Notes: generated from the letters alone by a model not told the origin. Counted from the stretch's first letter, positions 29,073-38,336 are shown. The stretch: 60,682 nt of DNA from Fluviicoccus sp. (GCA_041912575.1 JAYRMT010000001.1:1-60682); one strand, 5' to 3'. A program made the numbers and translations.

Positions 29073-30194
29073 ATGACGATGAACATGCTGACCTGCGGTC
29101 CATGGCCCCCCGGCTCCCCCCTCCCGGACGCCTTCCTCGCCCTGCCCGCCCGCATCTACCGGGACGATCCCTTCTGGCTCGGCGAAGATCCGCAGGACCT
29201 CACCCGCCAGTTCAGCCCCGCCAACCCGTGGTTCGCCCAGGGTAAAGCCTGGATCGGCGTCATCCCCGGACAGGCGCGGCTGGCGGGCTTCCGCGTGCCG
29301 GGCCAGGTCATCGACGGCGAGGAAGCCGCTTTTTTCGGTTTCTGGGACAGCATCGACGACGACGCACCCAACGACGCCCTGTTCGCCGCCCTCAAAGACT
29401 GGGCGCGTGCGTCCGGCGCCACCCGCCTCTACGGCCCGATCAACTTCACCACCTTCGGCGCCAACCGCCTGCGGCTGGATGCCTTCGAACACGGCGCGTT
29501 TCCCGGCGAGCCCTGGAATCCGCCGTACTATCCCGCCCTGCTGGCGCGGCAGGGTTTCGACATCCGGTACAAGTACCTGTCCACCTTCGCCAAGGTTGCG
29601 GACATCCTGCCCGATGTGCAGCGCGATTACCTGCGCGTCCGCCCCAAGCTCGAACAGGCGGTCCGCTTTTCTGAAATGACGCCGGAATTCTGGCTGGAGA
29701 ACCTCGACGAGCTCTACGGCTTTGTCCATCAGGTGTTCGGCGCCAATTTCGCCTACACGCCGATCACCCTGGAGACGTTCCGGCAGGTCTGCGGCGCGTC
29801 CTTCGCGCGAAAATTCTGCCCGAAAACCTCCATCCTGGCCCGCGCGCACGACGGGCGTATTGCCGGGTTTTTCCTCGTCTATCCGGACTACGCACCGCTG
29901 CTACGGCAGGCGAATCCGTCACGGGTGGATGCCGGAGCCGTCAACTGGGCGGAGCACTTCCCGCAACTGCCCGCGCCCCGGCTGGCGCTGGCCAAGACCG
30001 GCGGCGTGCATCCCGATTTCCGCGCGATCGGTCTTTTTACCGCCATGGGCTGCGAACTGACCTTGCGCGCCGACGGGATTTATGACGAGATAGCGGGCAC
30101 GCTGGTGCGCGAGGACAACGCCTCGCTCCATTTCGCGGCCCGCCACGGCCAGGCCCGACAGCACCACTATGCTCTTTATGGAAGCCCGCTATGA
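29073..30194 (+). CDS. YghO/bacterial ceramide synthase-like double-GNAT acyltransferase
   Basis: LPARIYRDDPFW, NPWF, AFFGFWDSIDD, LYGPINFTT, PWNPPYY, GVHPDFRAIGL; start could be 29073, 29079 or 29085. Confidence 0.7.
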   Translation: MTMNMLTCGPWPPGSPLPDAFLALPARIYRDDPFWLGEDPQDLTRQFSPANPWFAQGKAWIGVIPGQARLAGFRVPGQVIDGEEAAFFGFWDSIDDDAPNDALFAALKDWARASGATRLYGPINFTTFGANRLRLDAFEHGAFPGEPWNPPYYPALLARQGFDIRYKYLSTFAKVADILPDVQRDYLRVRPKLEQAVRFSEMTPEFWLENLDELYGFVHQVFGANFAYTPITLETFRQVCGASFARKFCPKTSILARAHDGRIAGFFLVYPDYAPLLRQANPSRVDAGAVNWAEHFPQLPAPRLALAKTGGVHPDFRAIGLFTAMGCELTLRADGIYDEIAGTLVREDNASLHFAARHGQARQHHYALYGSPL

Positions 30195-31810
30195 CCGGAA
30201 TCAACCTCATCCGCCCCATCCTTGACGCCTGCCGCGACCATCCGGAGCGCATGGCCCTGCGCATCCCGCAGATGGAAGGGCAACGGTGCGCCGGCGAACA
30301 GGTGATGACCTACGGCGACCTCGGCGTGGAAGTCGGCCGCCTGCAACGCGCCTTGCAGGCCATGGGCCTCAAGCAGGGCGACCGCGTACTGATCCTGTCT
30401 CGGGTCCGCAGCGAGATCTACACCCTGATGATCGCCCTGCTCGGTCTGGGCATGGTGCCCGTCCTGATCGACCGCGGCATGAGTCCCGACCGCATCCGCC
30501 AGTCCATCCGTCTCAGCAAGGCGCGCGCGGCCATCGGCGAGGCGCGCATCCTGCGCCTGTGGTGGCTGTTTCCGCCCCTGTGGTTCATCAAGCGCCTGGC
30601 CATCGACGACCGCCTGATCGGCGTGGACGACCTGCGCACCTGGAAACCCGATCATGCCGATCCGCAAGCCGTCGATCTGGACGAACACGCGCACGGCCTG
30701 ATCACCTTTACCTCCGGCAGCACCGGCCAGCCTAAGGGCGCGGACCGCACGCACGCCAGCCTGATCGCGCAGCACGACGCCATCCGCGAGCACTGGCGCG
30801 ACATCCCCGACGACATCGACAGCCCCTGTTTTCCTGTCATGGTGCTGCACAACCTCTGCTGCGGCATTACGACCGTCCTGCCTCGCGTGGACCTCGCCGC
30901 GCCGGGCCAGGTGGATGCCGCGCAAGTGCTGGGCCAGATCGGTCAGGACGGGATCACCCGCGTGTCCGGCGCTCCCGCCTACATGCGGCGGCTGGTCAAC
31001 CACGCCATCGAGCAGAAACTGGAATTGCCGCATGTCCGCGCCGTGGCCATCGGCGGCTCGACGCTGTTCGCCGACCTGATCGAGAAACTGCCCGCTGTCT
31101 TTCCGCACGCGGATTTCAGTCTGGTGTACGGCTCGACCGAGGCCGAACCGGTGGCGGTGATCGGCCTGAGCGAATTGCGCGCCGACGGCGACCTGCATCC
31201 CGGCCATCTGGTCGGCCTGCCGGTGCCGGACGTGCAGATCGCGGTGGTGTCGCCGGACGCCATGGTGTGCGACGAAATCACCGTGCTCGCCGCCCGGCTG
31301 CCCTTCTTCCAGGTCGGTGAAATCCTCGTCGCCGGGCCGCATGTGCTGAAAGGCTATGTCGACAACCCCGAAGCGACGCGCGAAAACAAGATTCCCCGCC
31401 ACGACGGCGAAGTCTGGCACCGCACCGGCGACGCCGGCTTCCTCGACGAGAGAGGCCGCCTGTGGCTGGTCGGTCGCATGAAGGACGTGCTGCAACTGGG
31501 CGAAGTGCGCCTGTGGCCCTATCCGCTGGAAAAAGCGCTGGACGCCCTGCCCGGCGTGCGCCGCAGCGCCGCGATCCTCTGGCAGAAACAGTTGCTGCTG
31601 GTGATCGAAGGCGACCTGCTGCCCTCCGAAGACGCGGTGCGCCGTCTGCTGATCGACCATCAGGTGACCGCCGCGCAGTGGGCGCTGATCCCGCTGATGC
31701 CGGTGGACGGCCGCCACAACAGCAAGATCGACCGGCCCGCCCTGCGCAACCTGCTGCAAGCCGACCGCTTGAAGCCGCAGGCGCTGACCATCGCGGCCAA
31801 CGGCATCTGA
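30191..31810 (+). CDS. AMP-binding (ANL) enzyme, OleC-like
   Basis: TFTSGSTGQPKG, YGSTEAEP, WHRTGDAG, PVDGRHNSKIDR. Confidence 0.88.
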   Translation: MTGINLIRPILDACRDHPERMALRIPQMEGQRCAGEQVMTYGDLGVEVGRLQRALQAMGLKQGDRVLILSRVRSEIYTLMIALLGLGMVPVLIDRGMSPDRIRQSIRLSKARAAIGEARILRLWWLFPPLWFIKRLAIDDRLIGVDDLRTWKPDHADPQAVDLDEHAHGLITFTSGSTGQPKGADRTHASLIAQHDAIREHWRDIPDDIDSPCFPVMVLHNLCCGITTVLPRVDLAAPGQVDAAQVLGQIGQDGITRVSGAPAYMRRLVNHAIEQKLELPHVRAVAIGGSTLFADLIEKLPAVFPHADFSLVYGSTEAEPVAVIGLSELRADGDLHPGHLVGLPVPDVQIAVVSPDAMVCDEITVLAARLPFFQVGEILVAGPHVLKGYVDNPEATRENKIPRHDGEVWHRTGDAGFLDERGRLWLVGRMKDVLQLGEVRLWPYPLEKALDALPGVRRSAAILWQKQLLLVIEGDLLPSEDAVRRLLIDHQVTAAQWALIPLMPVDGRHNSKIDRPALRNLLQADRLKPQALTIAANGI

Positions 31811-31811
31811 T

Positions 31812-32438
31812 ATGAGCGACTCCCGTTTCATCATCCGGCTTAATCCGGTGGACTGCCTGACGCTCAGCGGCGTGTTCACCAGCGGCGTGGCGATGATCCT
31901 CGGCCTGCAGGGCTATGCCTATCTGGCGACGGCGATCCTGTTCGTGGCGATGCTCGGCGACGCGCTGGACGGCATGCTGGCGCGCAAGTACCGGCTGGAG
32001 CGCCCTTTCGGCCGCTACCTCGACGGGTTCATGGATGTGCTGATCTATCTGGTCGCCCCCTCCCTGATCCTGATGGCGCATGGCTTCAACGGCCTTTGGG
32101 CGCTGTTCCTGCTGGGGATGGTGATGTGCGGTTGCATCCGGCTGTCGGTGTTCAACGACATCGGCAATATCCAGGAAAGCAACGGGCTGGCTTATCTGGG
32201 CATGCCGGTGTTCTGGAGCGTGTTCCTGCTGGCGGGCTATCTGCTGCTGGAACCGGCGTTGCCGGTGCTGGCCGGTCGCGGGTTACTGGCGGTGGTGCTG
32301 GTCGCGTTCAGTACGGCAATGCTGTTGCGGCGGCCGTTCTTCAAGTTCAAGAAGTTGTGGCAGATACTGGGGCTGACCATCGGGGGCGCGCTGCTGTTTA
32401 CGGTGCTGCATTTTGTGCGGGGGCCGGGGCATGTTTGA
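31812..32438 (+). CDS. CDP-alcohol phosphatidyltransferase
   Basis: DALDGMLAR...FGRYLDGFMD signature (DxxDGxxAR...GxxLDxxxD). Confidence 0.92.
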   Translation: MSDSRFIIRLNPVDCLTLSGVFTSGVAMILGLQGYAYLATAILFVAMLGDALDGMLARKYRLERPFGRYLDGFMDVLIYLVAPSLILMAHGFNGLWALFLLGMVMCGCIRLSVFNDIGNIQESNGLAYLGMPVFWSVFLLAGYLLLEPALPVLAGRGLLAVVLVAFSTAMLLRRPFFKFKKLWQILGLTIGGALLFTVLHFVRGPGHV

Positions 32439-32970
32439 GGCGTTGTGGCAGGCCTGGTATCTGCAATTGCCGGTGATTGTGGGGGGCGTGCTGCACATGG
32501 TGGTGGTGACGCGCAATCTGGCGCCGTCACTGGCGGTGCCGGTGTGGCGGGCGGCGTTCGGGGCGAACAAGACCTGGCGCGGGATGCTGGCGGTGCCTTT
32601 GCTGACGCTATTGGGGGCGTTGGTGTGGTTGCCGTTCGAGGCGGTGCTGGCGGATGCGTCGCCGTTGGCGGGGCATTCGTTGGGACTGGCGGCGTTTGCG
32701 GCGGGTGTGGGGTATGTGCTGGCGGAGTTGCCGAATTCGTTTCTGAAGCGGCGGTTGGGGATTGCGCCGGGAGAGTCGCCGGACAAGGCTAAGTGGTTGT
32801 TTGTGTTGTTGGATCAGCTGGATTCGGGGGTTGGGGTGGCGGTGGCGTATGGGGTGGTGCTGGGGGCTCCTCTGCCGGTTTTGGGGATGTTTGTGGTGAG
32901 TTTTCCGGTGACGGCGTTGGTTGTGAAAAGATTACTTTTTTGGGCGAGGTTGAAGAAATCGGCGGTTTGA
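32431..32970 (+). CDS. CDP-archaeol synthase (CarS/DUF46)-like cytidylyltransferase
   Basis: FGANKTWRG, ELPNSFLKRRLGIAPG, LDQLDS. Confidence 0.82.
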   Translation: MFEALWQAWYLQLPVIVGGVLHMVVVTRNLAPSLAVPVWRAAFGANKTWRGMLAVPLLTLLGALVWLPFEAVLADASPLAGHSLGLAAFAAGVGYVLAELPNSFLKRRLGIAPGESPDKAKWLFVLLDQLDSGVGVAVAYGVVLGAPLPVLGMFVVSFPVTALVVKRLLFWARLKKSAV

Positions 32971-33028
32971 GGGATAAGTCGGACACACCGAGCACGGCTC
33001 GCATGCCCGACCAATCCCGCCATTGTGT

Positions 33029-33850
33029 CTAGAAGAGACCGAAGCGTTTCTTGATCTGACCGTTCTTTTTCATTTCCTTCAGGCGCTCCTCGGCATCTTC
33101 ATCCCCCTGCTTGGCCGCCTTCCGGTAATAATCCGCCGCCTTCTCGAAATCCTGAGTGACGCCCTTGCCGTCCTGAAAACACTTGCCCGCGTAATACTGG
33201 CCATAGGAGCTCTCCTGCTCCGCCGATTTCAGATACCACTGGCAAGCCTTCACCGGATCCTCCGGGAGCTTCTCGCCCTTGCGGTATGTGTCGCCCAGAT
33301 TGTTCATCGCGAGCAAATAGTTTTTCTCGGCAGCCTTTTCCAGCCAGCTGATCGCCTTGGTGATGTCAGGGGCCACGCCGGTGCCGTTCAGATAGGTGAA
33401 CCCCAGGTTGTTCATCGCCCAAGCCTCGCCGGCTTCGGCATACTTCGTGTAGTAGGTTACCTTCTGCGGGCACGAGAGTTTCCGGAACTGGGCGAATATT
33501 TTTTCATACTGGTCATCAAAGAGCCGGGCATTATCAGGGAACCGATCACGCCATCCGCCTTTATTGTAAGGGTCCATGGTCATCATGGACTTATAGGCCA
33601 GCTCACACATCCGGCCAGTCTCACCGCGGTTCTGCGCTTCCGCTGCATCCAGCATCAACTTGGCCGCTTCCTGGGTGGATCGGCCCGCGCAGGTGATCTC
33701 GTCCCAGTCCGCGTCAGATTGATTGAAACCCTGGTAGTTGAACGCGGTTGACTTGCCGGCAGCACCGAGGTTGCATGATGCAGCATGCACCGTGGTTCCG
33801 GCTACGCACATTGCCACGGCTGCCAGCCCCTGGATCATTCGCTTTTTCAT
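33029..33850 (-). CDS. Exported Sel1-repeat protein
   Basis: Signal peptide; AMNNLG..Y.NG.GV..D..KA..W..KAA repeats (three). Confidence 0.88.
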   Translation of the reverse strand: MKKRMIQGLAAVAMCVAGTTVHAASCNLGAAGKSTAFNYQGFNQSDADWDEITCAGRSTQEAAKLMLDAAEAQNRGETGRMCELAYKSMMTMDPYNKGGWRDRFPDNARLFDDQYEKIFAQFRKLSCPQKVTYYTKYAEAGEAWAMNNLGFTYLNGTGVAPDITKAISWLEKAAEKNYLLAMNNLGDTYRKGEKLPEDPVKACQWYLKSAEQESSYGQYYAGKCFQDGKGVTQDFEKAADYYRKAAKQGDEDAEERLKEMKKNGQIKKRFGLF

Positions 33851-33881
33851 GGTCTTCTCCTTCTCACTCCTAATTTTTTCG

Positions 33882-35123
33882 TCATTCCCAGGAAATCCCG
33901 GCCTTGCGCAGCGCCTCGCGCGCATCGGGATAGCCCCCCCGGGCAGCCGCGATCAGATGCGAATTGATATCCTGATCGCTGTAGGTCCTGTCCGGCCGGA
34001 GTTCGTACGTCACCGCCAGATAGAAATGCGCCTGGGCGGCAAAGCCCGCCTCCTCAAGCAGGCCGGTCAGAACCGTCTCGATCATATCCCAGGGTTTCTG
34101 TTCCGCCATCAGCCATTCCCGCGCCAGCACCATCCGCCCGGTCGGGTCTTTATCGCCCATCCGGCGAGCCGCTTCAAGCCAGCGGATCGATTCATCGTGG
34201 CGAAAGGTCTGGTGGGCGACGATTCCGGCATTACGCTTGCAGTCCGCCTTGCCCTCGCCGGATGCACAGGCAAGGACATACGGCCAGGCGCGTTCCCATT
34301 CCCCCCGGTTGGCCAAGGCGATTCCGGCATCCCCGGCCGCTTCGTGGAAGCCCAGATCATAGGCGCGGGGACAATATTCCGCACCGACAGAACCATCCTT
34401 TTGCTCTAGCGCGACGATGCAGACCACGTAGGCCGCCATCGCGTTGCCATGGGCGGCTGCCTGCTTGCCGTACAGGGACATCCGCCCGTAATCCCTCAGA
34501 TCCACGGCGGAGAGCATCGCCTGATGATCCGCGCCCGCAACCCCGGCCTTCATGGCTTGTTCGAACCAGGCCAACGCCGCCGCGGGATGGCCCAGTCGCT
34601 GTTCCGCCAGCCCTGCATTGAAGGCGGCGGAACCATCACCCGCAACAGCCGCCCTGGAAAGTATCTGCAGAGCCTGCTCAACCGTGGAGTCCAGCCCATA
34701 CGCATGATTCAGCATGGCGGCGCCCAACTCCGCCATGGCGGCGACATCGCCTGAGGATGCCAGATCACGAAGCAGGCGGATCTTCGAGGCATCCTGCAAC
34801 GCCATATACCGGCGCAATTGGTCCTGCGGATCCGGCCTTGCAACAGGCGTCTGCTCCTTCGAAGCCGCGTAGCCTCCCGAGGGGGTCGAAAAGTCCCAGT
34901 GCGTCTTGTTCACGAATTTCAGGCTGTCCTGGATAGCGCGCGTGCTGGCTTTCTCGGCCTCCATGTAACGCTGGAAAGCCTGAGCGGCATGTACGTTGCC
35001 TGTCTCGGCGAACGCCAGGGAGGGGATATACAGTGATGAAGCAATAATGATCGGCAAGAGAGCCCGTCGGCATGCGGCCGATTGCTGTACGCCAGATATC
35101 CATCGTGTCCTGAACGGATTCAT
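33882..35123 (-). CDS. Exported Sel1/TPR-like helical repeat protein
   Basis: GDVAAMAELG, AAFNAG, A..WFEQA, GNAMAAY degenerate repeats; start uncertain. Confidence 0.65.
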   Translation of the reverse strand: MNPFRTRWISGVQQSAACRRALLPIIIASSLYIPSLAFAETGNVHAAQAFQRYMEAEKASTRAIQDSLKFVNKTHWDFSTPSGGYAASKEQTPVARPDPQDQLRRYMALQDASKIRLLRDLASSGDVAAMAELGAAMLNHAYGLDSTVEQALQILSRAAVAGDGSAAFNAGLAEQRLGHPAAALAWFEQAMKAGVAGADHQAMLSAVDLRDYGRMSLYGKQAAAHGNAMAAYVVCIVALEQKDGSVGAEYCPRAYDLGFHEAAGDAGIALANRGEWERAWPYVLACASGEGKADCKRNAGIVAHQTFRHDESIRWLEAARRMGDKDPTGRMVLAREWLMAEQKPWDMIETVLTGLLEEAGFAAQAHFYLAVTYELRPDRTYSDQDINSHLIAAARGGYPDAREALRKAGISWE

Positions 35124-35142
35124 CCCGGTTGCCTCCCCGCCA

Positions 35143-35925
35143 TCAATGCCGATGCCGCTTCACCCGATCCGGCAGCACCCCATCCACACGATCCCGAATC
35201 GAACTCCGCAACGCCCTGAACCTCTCCATCCGCACCTCAATCCTCGCCTTCAACACCGGCTTCAACGCCTCCAGCTTCTCATCCAGCGCCGGCGGATGGT
35301 CAAAGAAAGGCGGCCGCAACGCCAACAACCGCGGATGATCCCGCAACGCCGCAAACCCAGTCTTCTCCGGCAGCACATGCACCTCCGCGCCGCCCGCCTC
35401 CAGCACTGTCTCCCCCTCGTTCACATGATCGTAGGTCCCCGCCGGCAACTCCGCCGTCGCCTCCTCCTCGCCCACCACCAGCGGCTCATGATCCGTCCCG
35501 CGAATCCCGATACTCGCCGTCGGCGTCTGGATACGGTACTTCTCCGGATGCAGCTTGCCGATCCAGCCGCTCACCGCCCGGAACGACCCTTTGAGCAGGT
35601 TCACCACGCTCTCGCCGTTGCCATCCTCCGGCGCGCGGTAATGCGTCAGCGTCAGGCGGGAATTGGCGCGCACCGCCAGGTAGGCGTCATCCGCCATGCG
35701 CAGGTGCACCTGACCGTTCGCCCCGGTCACCACCGTATCCCCCTCCGCCACCGGACCGTTCACGATCGCCGGACGCGTCTGGCCCCCGGCCGACACCACG
35801 TTGGCCGGACCGTCCACCAGCGTCACGGTTCCGACGGCGCTGTCCGCCCAGGCCCAAGCGCCCGGCAACATCAGGCCAGCCAGTATCCCGCCAAGAATTA
35901 CCGATTTTCTCAGCTGCATATCCAT
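35143..35925 (-). CDS. FecR-domain exported protein
   Basis: Signal peptide; GDTVVTG..G...L...D, LLKGSFR, IQTPTASIGIRGT. Confidence 0.85.
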   Translation of the reverse strand: MDMQLRKSVILGGILAGLMLPGAWAWADSAVGTVTLVDGPANVVSAGGQTRPAIVNGPVAEGDTVVTGANGQVHLRMADDAYLAVRANSRLTLTHYRAPEDGNGESVVNLLKGSFRAVSGWIGKLHPEKYRIQTPTASIGIRGTDHEPLVVGEEEATAELPAGTYDHVNEGETVLEAGGAEVHVLPEKTGFAALRDHPRLLALRPPFFDHPPALDEKLEALKPVLKARIEVRMERFRALRSSIRDRVDGVLPDRVKRHRH

Positions 35926-36001
35926 ATCCTCCCCTCGAAAAACAGGCCCGGTGTTTCCCGGCCGTGTTCGGCAAAGCATTATTAGCCCCGGCAAAGCCCG
36001 C

Positions 36002-36289
36002 TCACTTGTGCGCGGGAACCGCATGCAGCTGTACGCCAAGCGCCCGCATCAGCTTCAACACCGTGTCGTAACGCGGCTTGGCCCCCGGGGTTAAAGCCTT
36101 GTACAGACTTTCACGCCCCAGCCCGGTTTCCCTCGCCAGCTGCGCCATGCCTCTGGCCTTCGCCACATCGCCAACCGCGACCAGGAAGACATCGGGATTT
36201 TCGTCTTCCAGCGCGGCATTCAGGTATTCCGCGATAACCTCTTCATTTTCCAGATAATCAGCGGCGTCGAACGGGGCAATCTTTTTCAT
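36002..36289 (-). CDS. Addiction-module antidote (HI1420 family, HTH)
   Basis: FDAADYL...YLNAALE...DVAKARGM..LARETGL.RESLYKAL...P.YDTV. Confidence 0.92.
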   Translation of the reverse strand: MKKIAPFDAADYLENEEVIAEYLNAALEDENPDVFLVAVGDVAKARGMAQLARETGLGRESLYKALTPGAKPRYDTVLKLMRALGVQLHAVPAHK

Positions 36290-36292
36290 GGC

Positions 36293-36589
36293 TTAACTCT
36301 CCAGACTCTTGAGCAAGGCTTTCGCCTGTCGGATGTCGCGGGGCTGGGTTGACTTGTCTCCGCCGCACAACAGCAGATAGATCACATCACCCCGACGGCA
36401 GTAGTACAGCCGGTAACCCGGCCCGACATGGATTCGCATCTCGGAGATGCCATCGCCGACAGGTTCGCAATCACCGAAATTTCCCTGCTCTGCGGAGCGG
36501 ATGCGGGCAATAATGCGAGCCTTGGCAATAGGGTCTCGCAAAGCTCTCAACCACGCATCAAATTCGGTTGTACGAAGAAATTGATTCAT
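36293..36589 (-). CDS. Type II TA toxin, RelE/ParE family (HI1419-like killer protein)
   Basis: GNFGDCEPVGDGISEMRIHVGPGYRLYY...LLCGGDKSTQ..DI. Confidence 0.92.
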   Translation of the reverse strand: MNQFLRTTEFDAWLRALRDPIAKARIIARIRSAEQGNFGDCEPVGDGISEMRIHVGPGYRLYYCRRGDVIYLLLCGGDKSTQPRDIRQAKALLKSLES

Positions 36590-36599
36590 CTTTGAAAAT

Positions 36600-36615
36600 G
36601 TATCCGAAAGGATAC
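36600..36615. promoter_or_regulatory. Probable TA autoregulatory operator
   Basis: GTATCC-GAAA-GGATAC inverted repeat 10 nt upstream of the toxin start. Confidence 0.6.
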
Positions 36616-36643
36616 GCGTCGTCCAGTCAGGTTTCGTTCCATG

Positions 36644-36665
36644 AAAAACGGGGCCGAAGCCCCGT
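36644..36665 (-). terminator. Rho-independent terminator of fadD
   Basis: Minus strand ACGGGGC-TTCG-GCCCCGT-TTTT. Confidence 0.8.
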
Positions 36666-36674
36666 CTGTTTTCC

Positions 36675-38336
36675 TCAACCGTTGTCCCGCAGCTCCCGCC
36701 GCAGGATCTTGCCCACCGGCGACTTCGGCAACTCCGTCTTGAACACGATGGTCTTCGGCACCTTGTACCCGGTCAGGTTGTTCTTGAGGTGGATCATCAG
36801 CTCCTCCTCGCTCAGCGACTCGTCCTTGCGCACAACGAACAGCCGCACCGACTCGCCCGACTTGGTATCCGGCACACCGACCGCCGCGCATTCCAGCACG
36901 CCCGCGTGCTGCACGGCCACTTCCTCGATCTCGTTCGGATACACGTTGAAGCCGGACACCAGGATCATGTCTTTCTTGCGGTCAACGATGCGGATATAAC
37001 CGTCAGCCTGCACCACGGCCACGTCGCCGGTCTTCAGCCAGCCGTCCACCGTCACGGTGTCGGCGGTGGCTTCCGGACGCTGCCAGTAGCCCTTCATCAC
37101 CTGCGGACCGCGTGCCCACAGCTCGCCCGCCTCGCCCAACGGCAGGTCCTCGCCCGCGTCATTGACGATGCGGATCTCGGTGTTGGGCACCGGCACGCCG
37201 ATAGTGCCGATCTGGATCGCCGAGGGCGGGTTGATGGTGATCACCGGCGAGGATTCGGTCATGCCGTAGCCTTCGCACACCTTGCAGCCGGTCAGCTTTT
37301 CCCAGTCGTTGGCGACGGCGGTCTGCATCGCCATGCCGCCCGCGATGGTGACTTTCAGGCGCTTGAAGTCGAGGGCGCGGAACTCGGCGTTGTTCATCAG
37401 GGCCACAAACAAGGTGTTGAGACCCATCATCGCGGTGAACGGATACTTTTTGAGTTCGGCGACAAAGGCCGGAATGTCGCGCGGGTTGGTCACCAGCACG
37501 GTGTGCATGCCCAGCACCATGCCGATGCAGGACACGCCGAAGGCGAAGATGTGGTACAGCGGCAGCGGGCAGATCATCGTTTCGCGGCCCGGCGTCAGCG
37601 CCGTGCTCAGGAAGGCGTGGGTCTGCATCATGTTCGAGGTGATCGAGCGGTGCGTCAGCATGGCGCCCTTGGAAACGCCGGTGGTGCCGCCGGTGTATTG
37701 CAGGCAGGCGATCTCGTCAGCTTGCGGGGTGTGTTCCTTCAGGCGGTGCGGGCTCATGCGCAGCAGGCGCGTGAACGGGATGGCGTCCGGCAGGTTGTAG
37801 TCCGGCACCATCTTCTTGACGTAGCGCACCACGTTGTTGACCAGCAGGCGCTTCAGCGGCGGCATCATGTCGCCGATTTCGGTCATGATCAGGTAACGGA
37901 TGCCGGTCTGCGGCAGCACTTCCTCCACCATGTGGCCGAAGTTGGCCAGCGCCACCAGCGCCTTGCAGCCGGCGTCCTTGAACTGGTGCTGCATCTCGCG
38001 CGCGGTGTAGAGCGGGTTGGTGTTCACCACCACCAGCCCGGCGCGCAGGATGCCGAACACCACGACCGGATATTGCAGCAGGTTGGGCATCTGCACCGCG
38101 ACGCGGTCGCCGGGGACCAGGTCGGTGCAGTTCTGGAACCAGGCCGCCACGGCAGCGCTGTACTTGTCGACCTCGGCGAATGTCAGCGTGCGGCCCATGT
38201 TGGAAAAGGCGGGCTTGTTCGCGTATTTCCGGCAGGCATCCTTGAACAGGTGCAACACCGTGGGATACACCTCGGCGTTGATTTCGCGGGCGATGCCCTC
38301 GGGATACTTGTCGTGCCAGAAGTCTTTGGAATCCAT
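36675..38336 (-). CDS. fadD: Long-chain fatty acid-CoA ligase
   Basis: LQYTGGTTGVSKGAMLTH, EGYGMTESSP, DRKKDMILVSGFNVYPNE, GKILRR. Confidence 0.92.
   Translation of the reverse strand: MDSKDFWHDKYPEGIAREINAEVYPTVLHLFKDACRKYANKPAFSNMGRTLTFAEVDKYSAAVAAWFQNCTDLVPGDRVAVQMPNLLQYPVVVFGILRAGLVVVNTNPLYTAREMQHQFKDAGCKALVALANFGHMVEEVLPQTGIRYLIMTEIGDMMPPLKRLLVNNVVRYVKKMVPDYNLPDAIPFTRLLRMSPHRLKEHTPQADEIACLQYTGGTTGVSKGAMLTHRSITSNMMQTHAFLSTALTPGRETMICPLPLYHIFAFGVSCIGMVLGMHTVLVTNPRDIPAFVAELKKYPFTAMMGLNTLFVALMNNAEFRALDFKRLKVTIAGGMAMQTAVANDWEKLTGCKVCEGYGMTESSPVITINPPSAIQIGTIGVPVPNTEIRIVNDAGEDLPLGEAGELWARGPQVMKGYWQRPEATADTVTVDGWLKTGDVAVVQADGYIRIVDRKKDMILVSGFNVYPNEIEEVAVQHAGVLECAAVGVPDTKSGESVRLFVVRKDESLSEEELMIHLKNNLTGYKVPKTIVFKTELPKSPVGKILRRELRDNG

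Noticed and set aside
30191-31810. Ole olefin biosynthesis cluster
   Set aside because: oleA, oleB and oleD homologs are not present nearby
33029-36589. Prophage or integrative element
   Set aside because: No integrase, transposase, phage genes or flanking direct repeats seen
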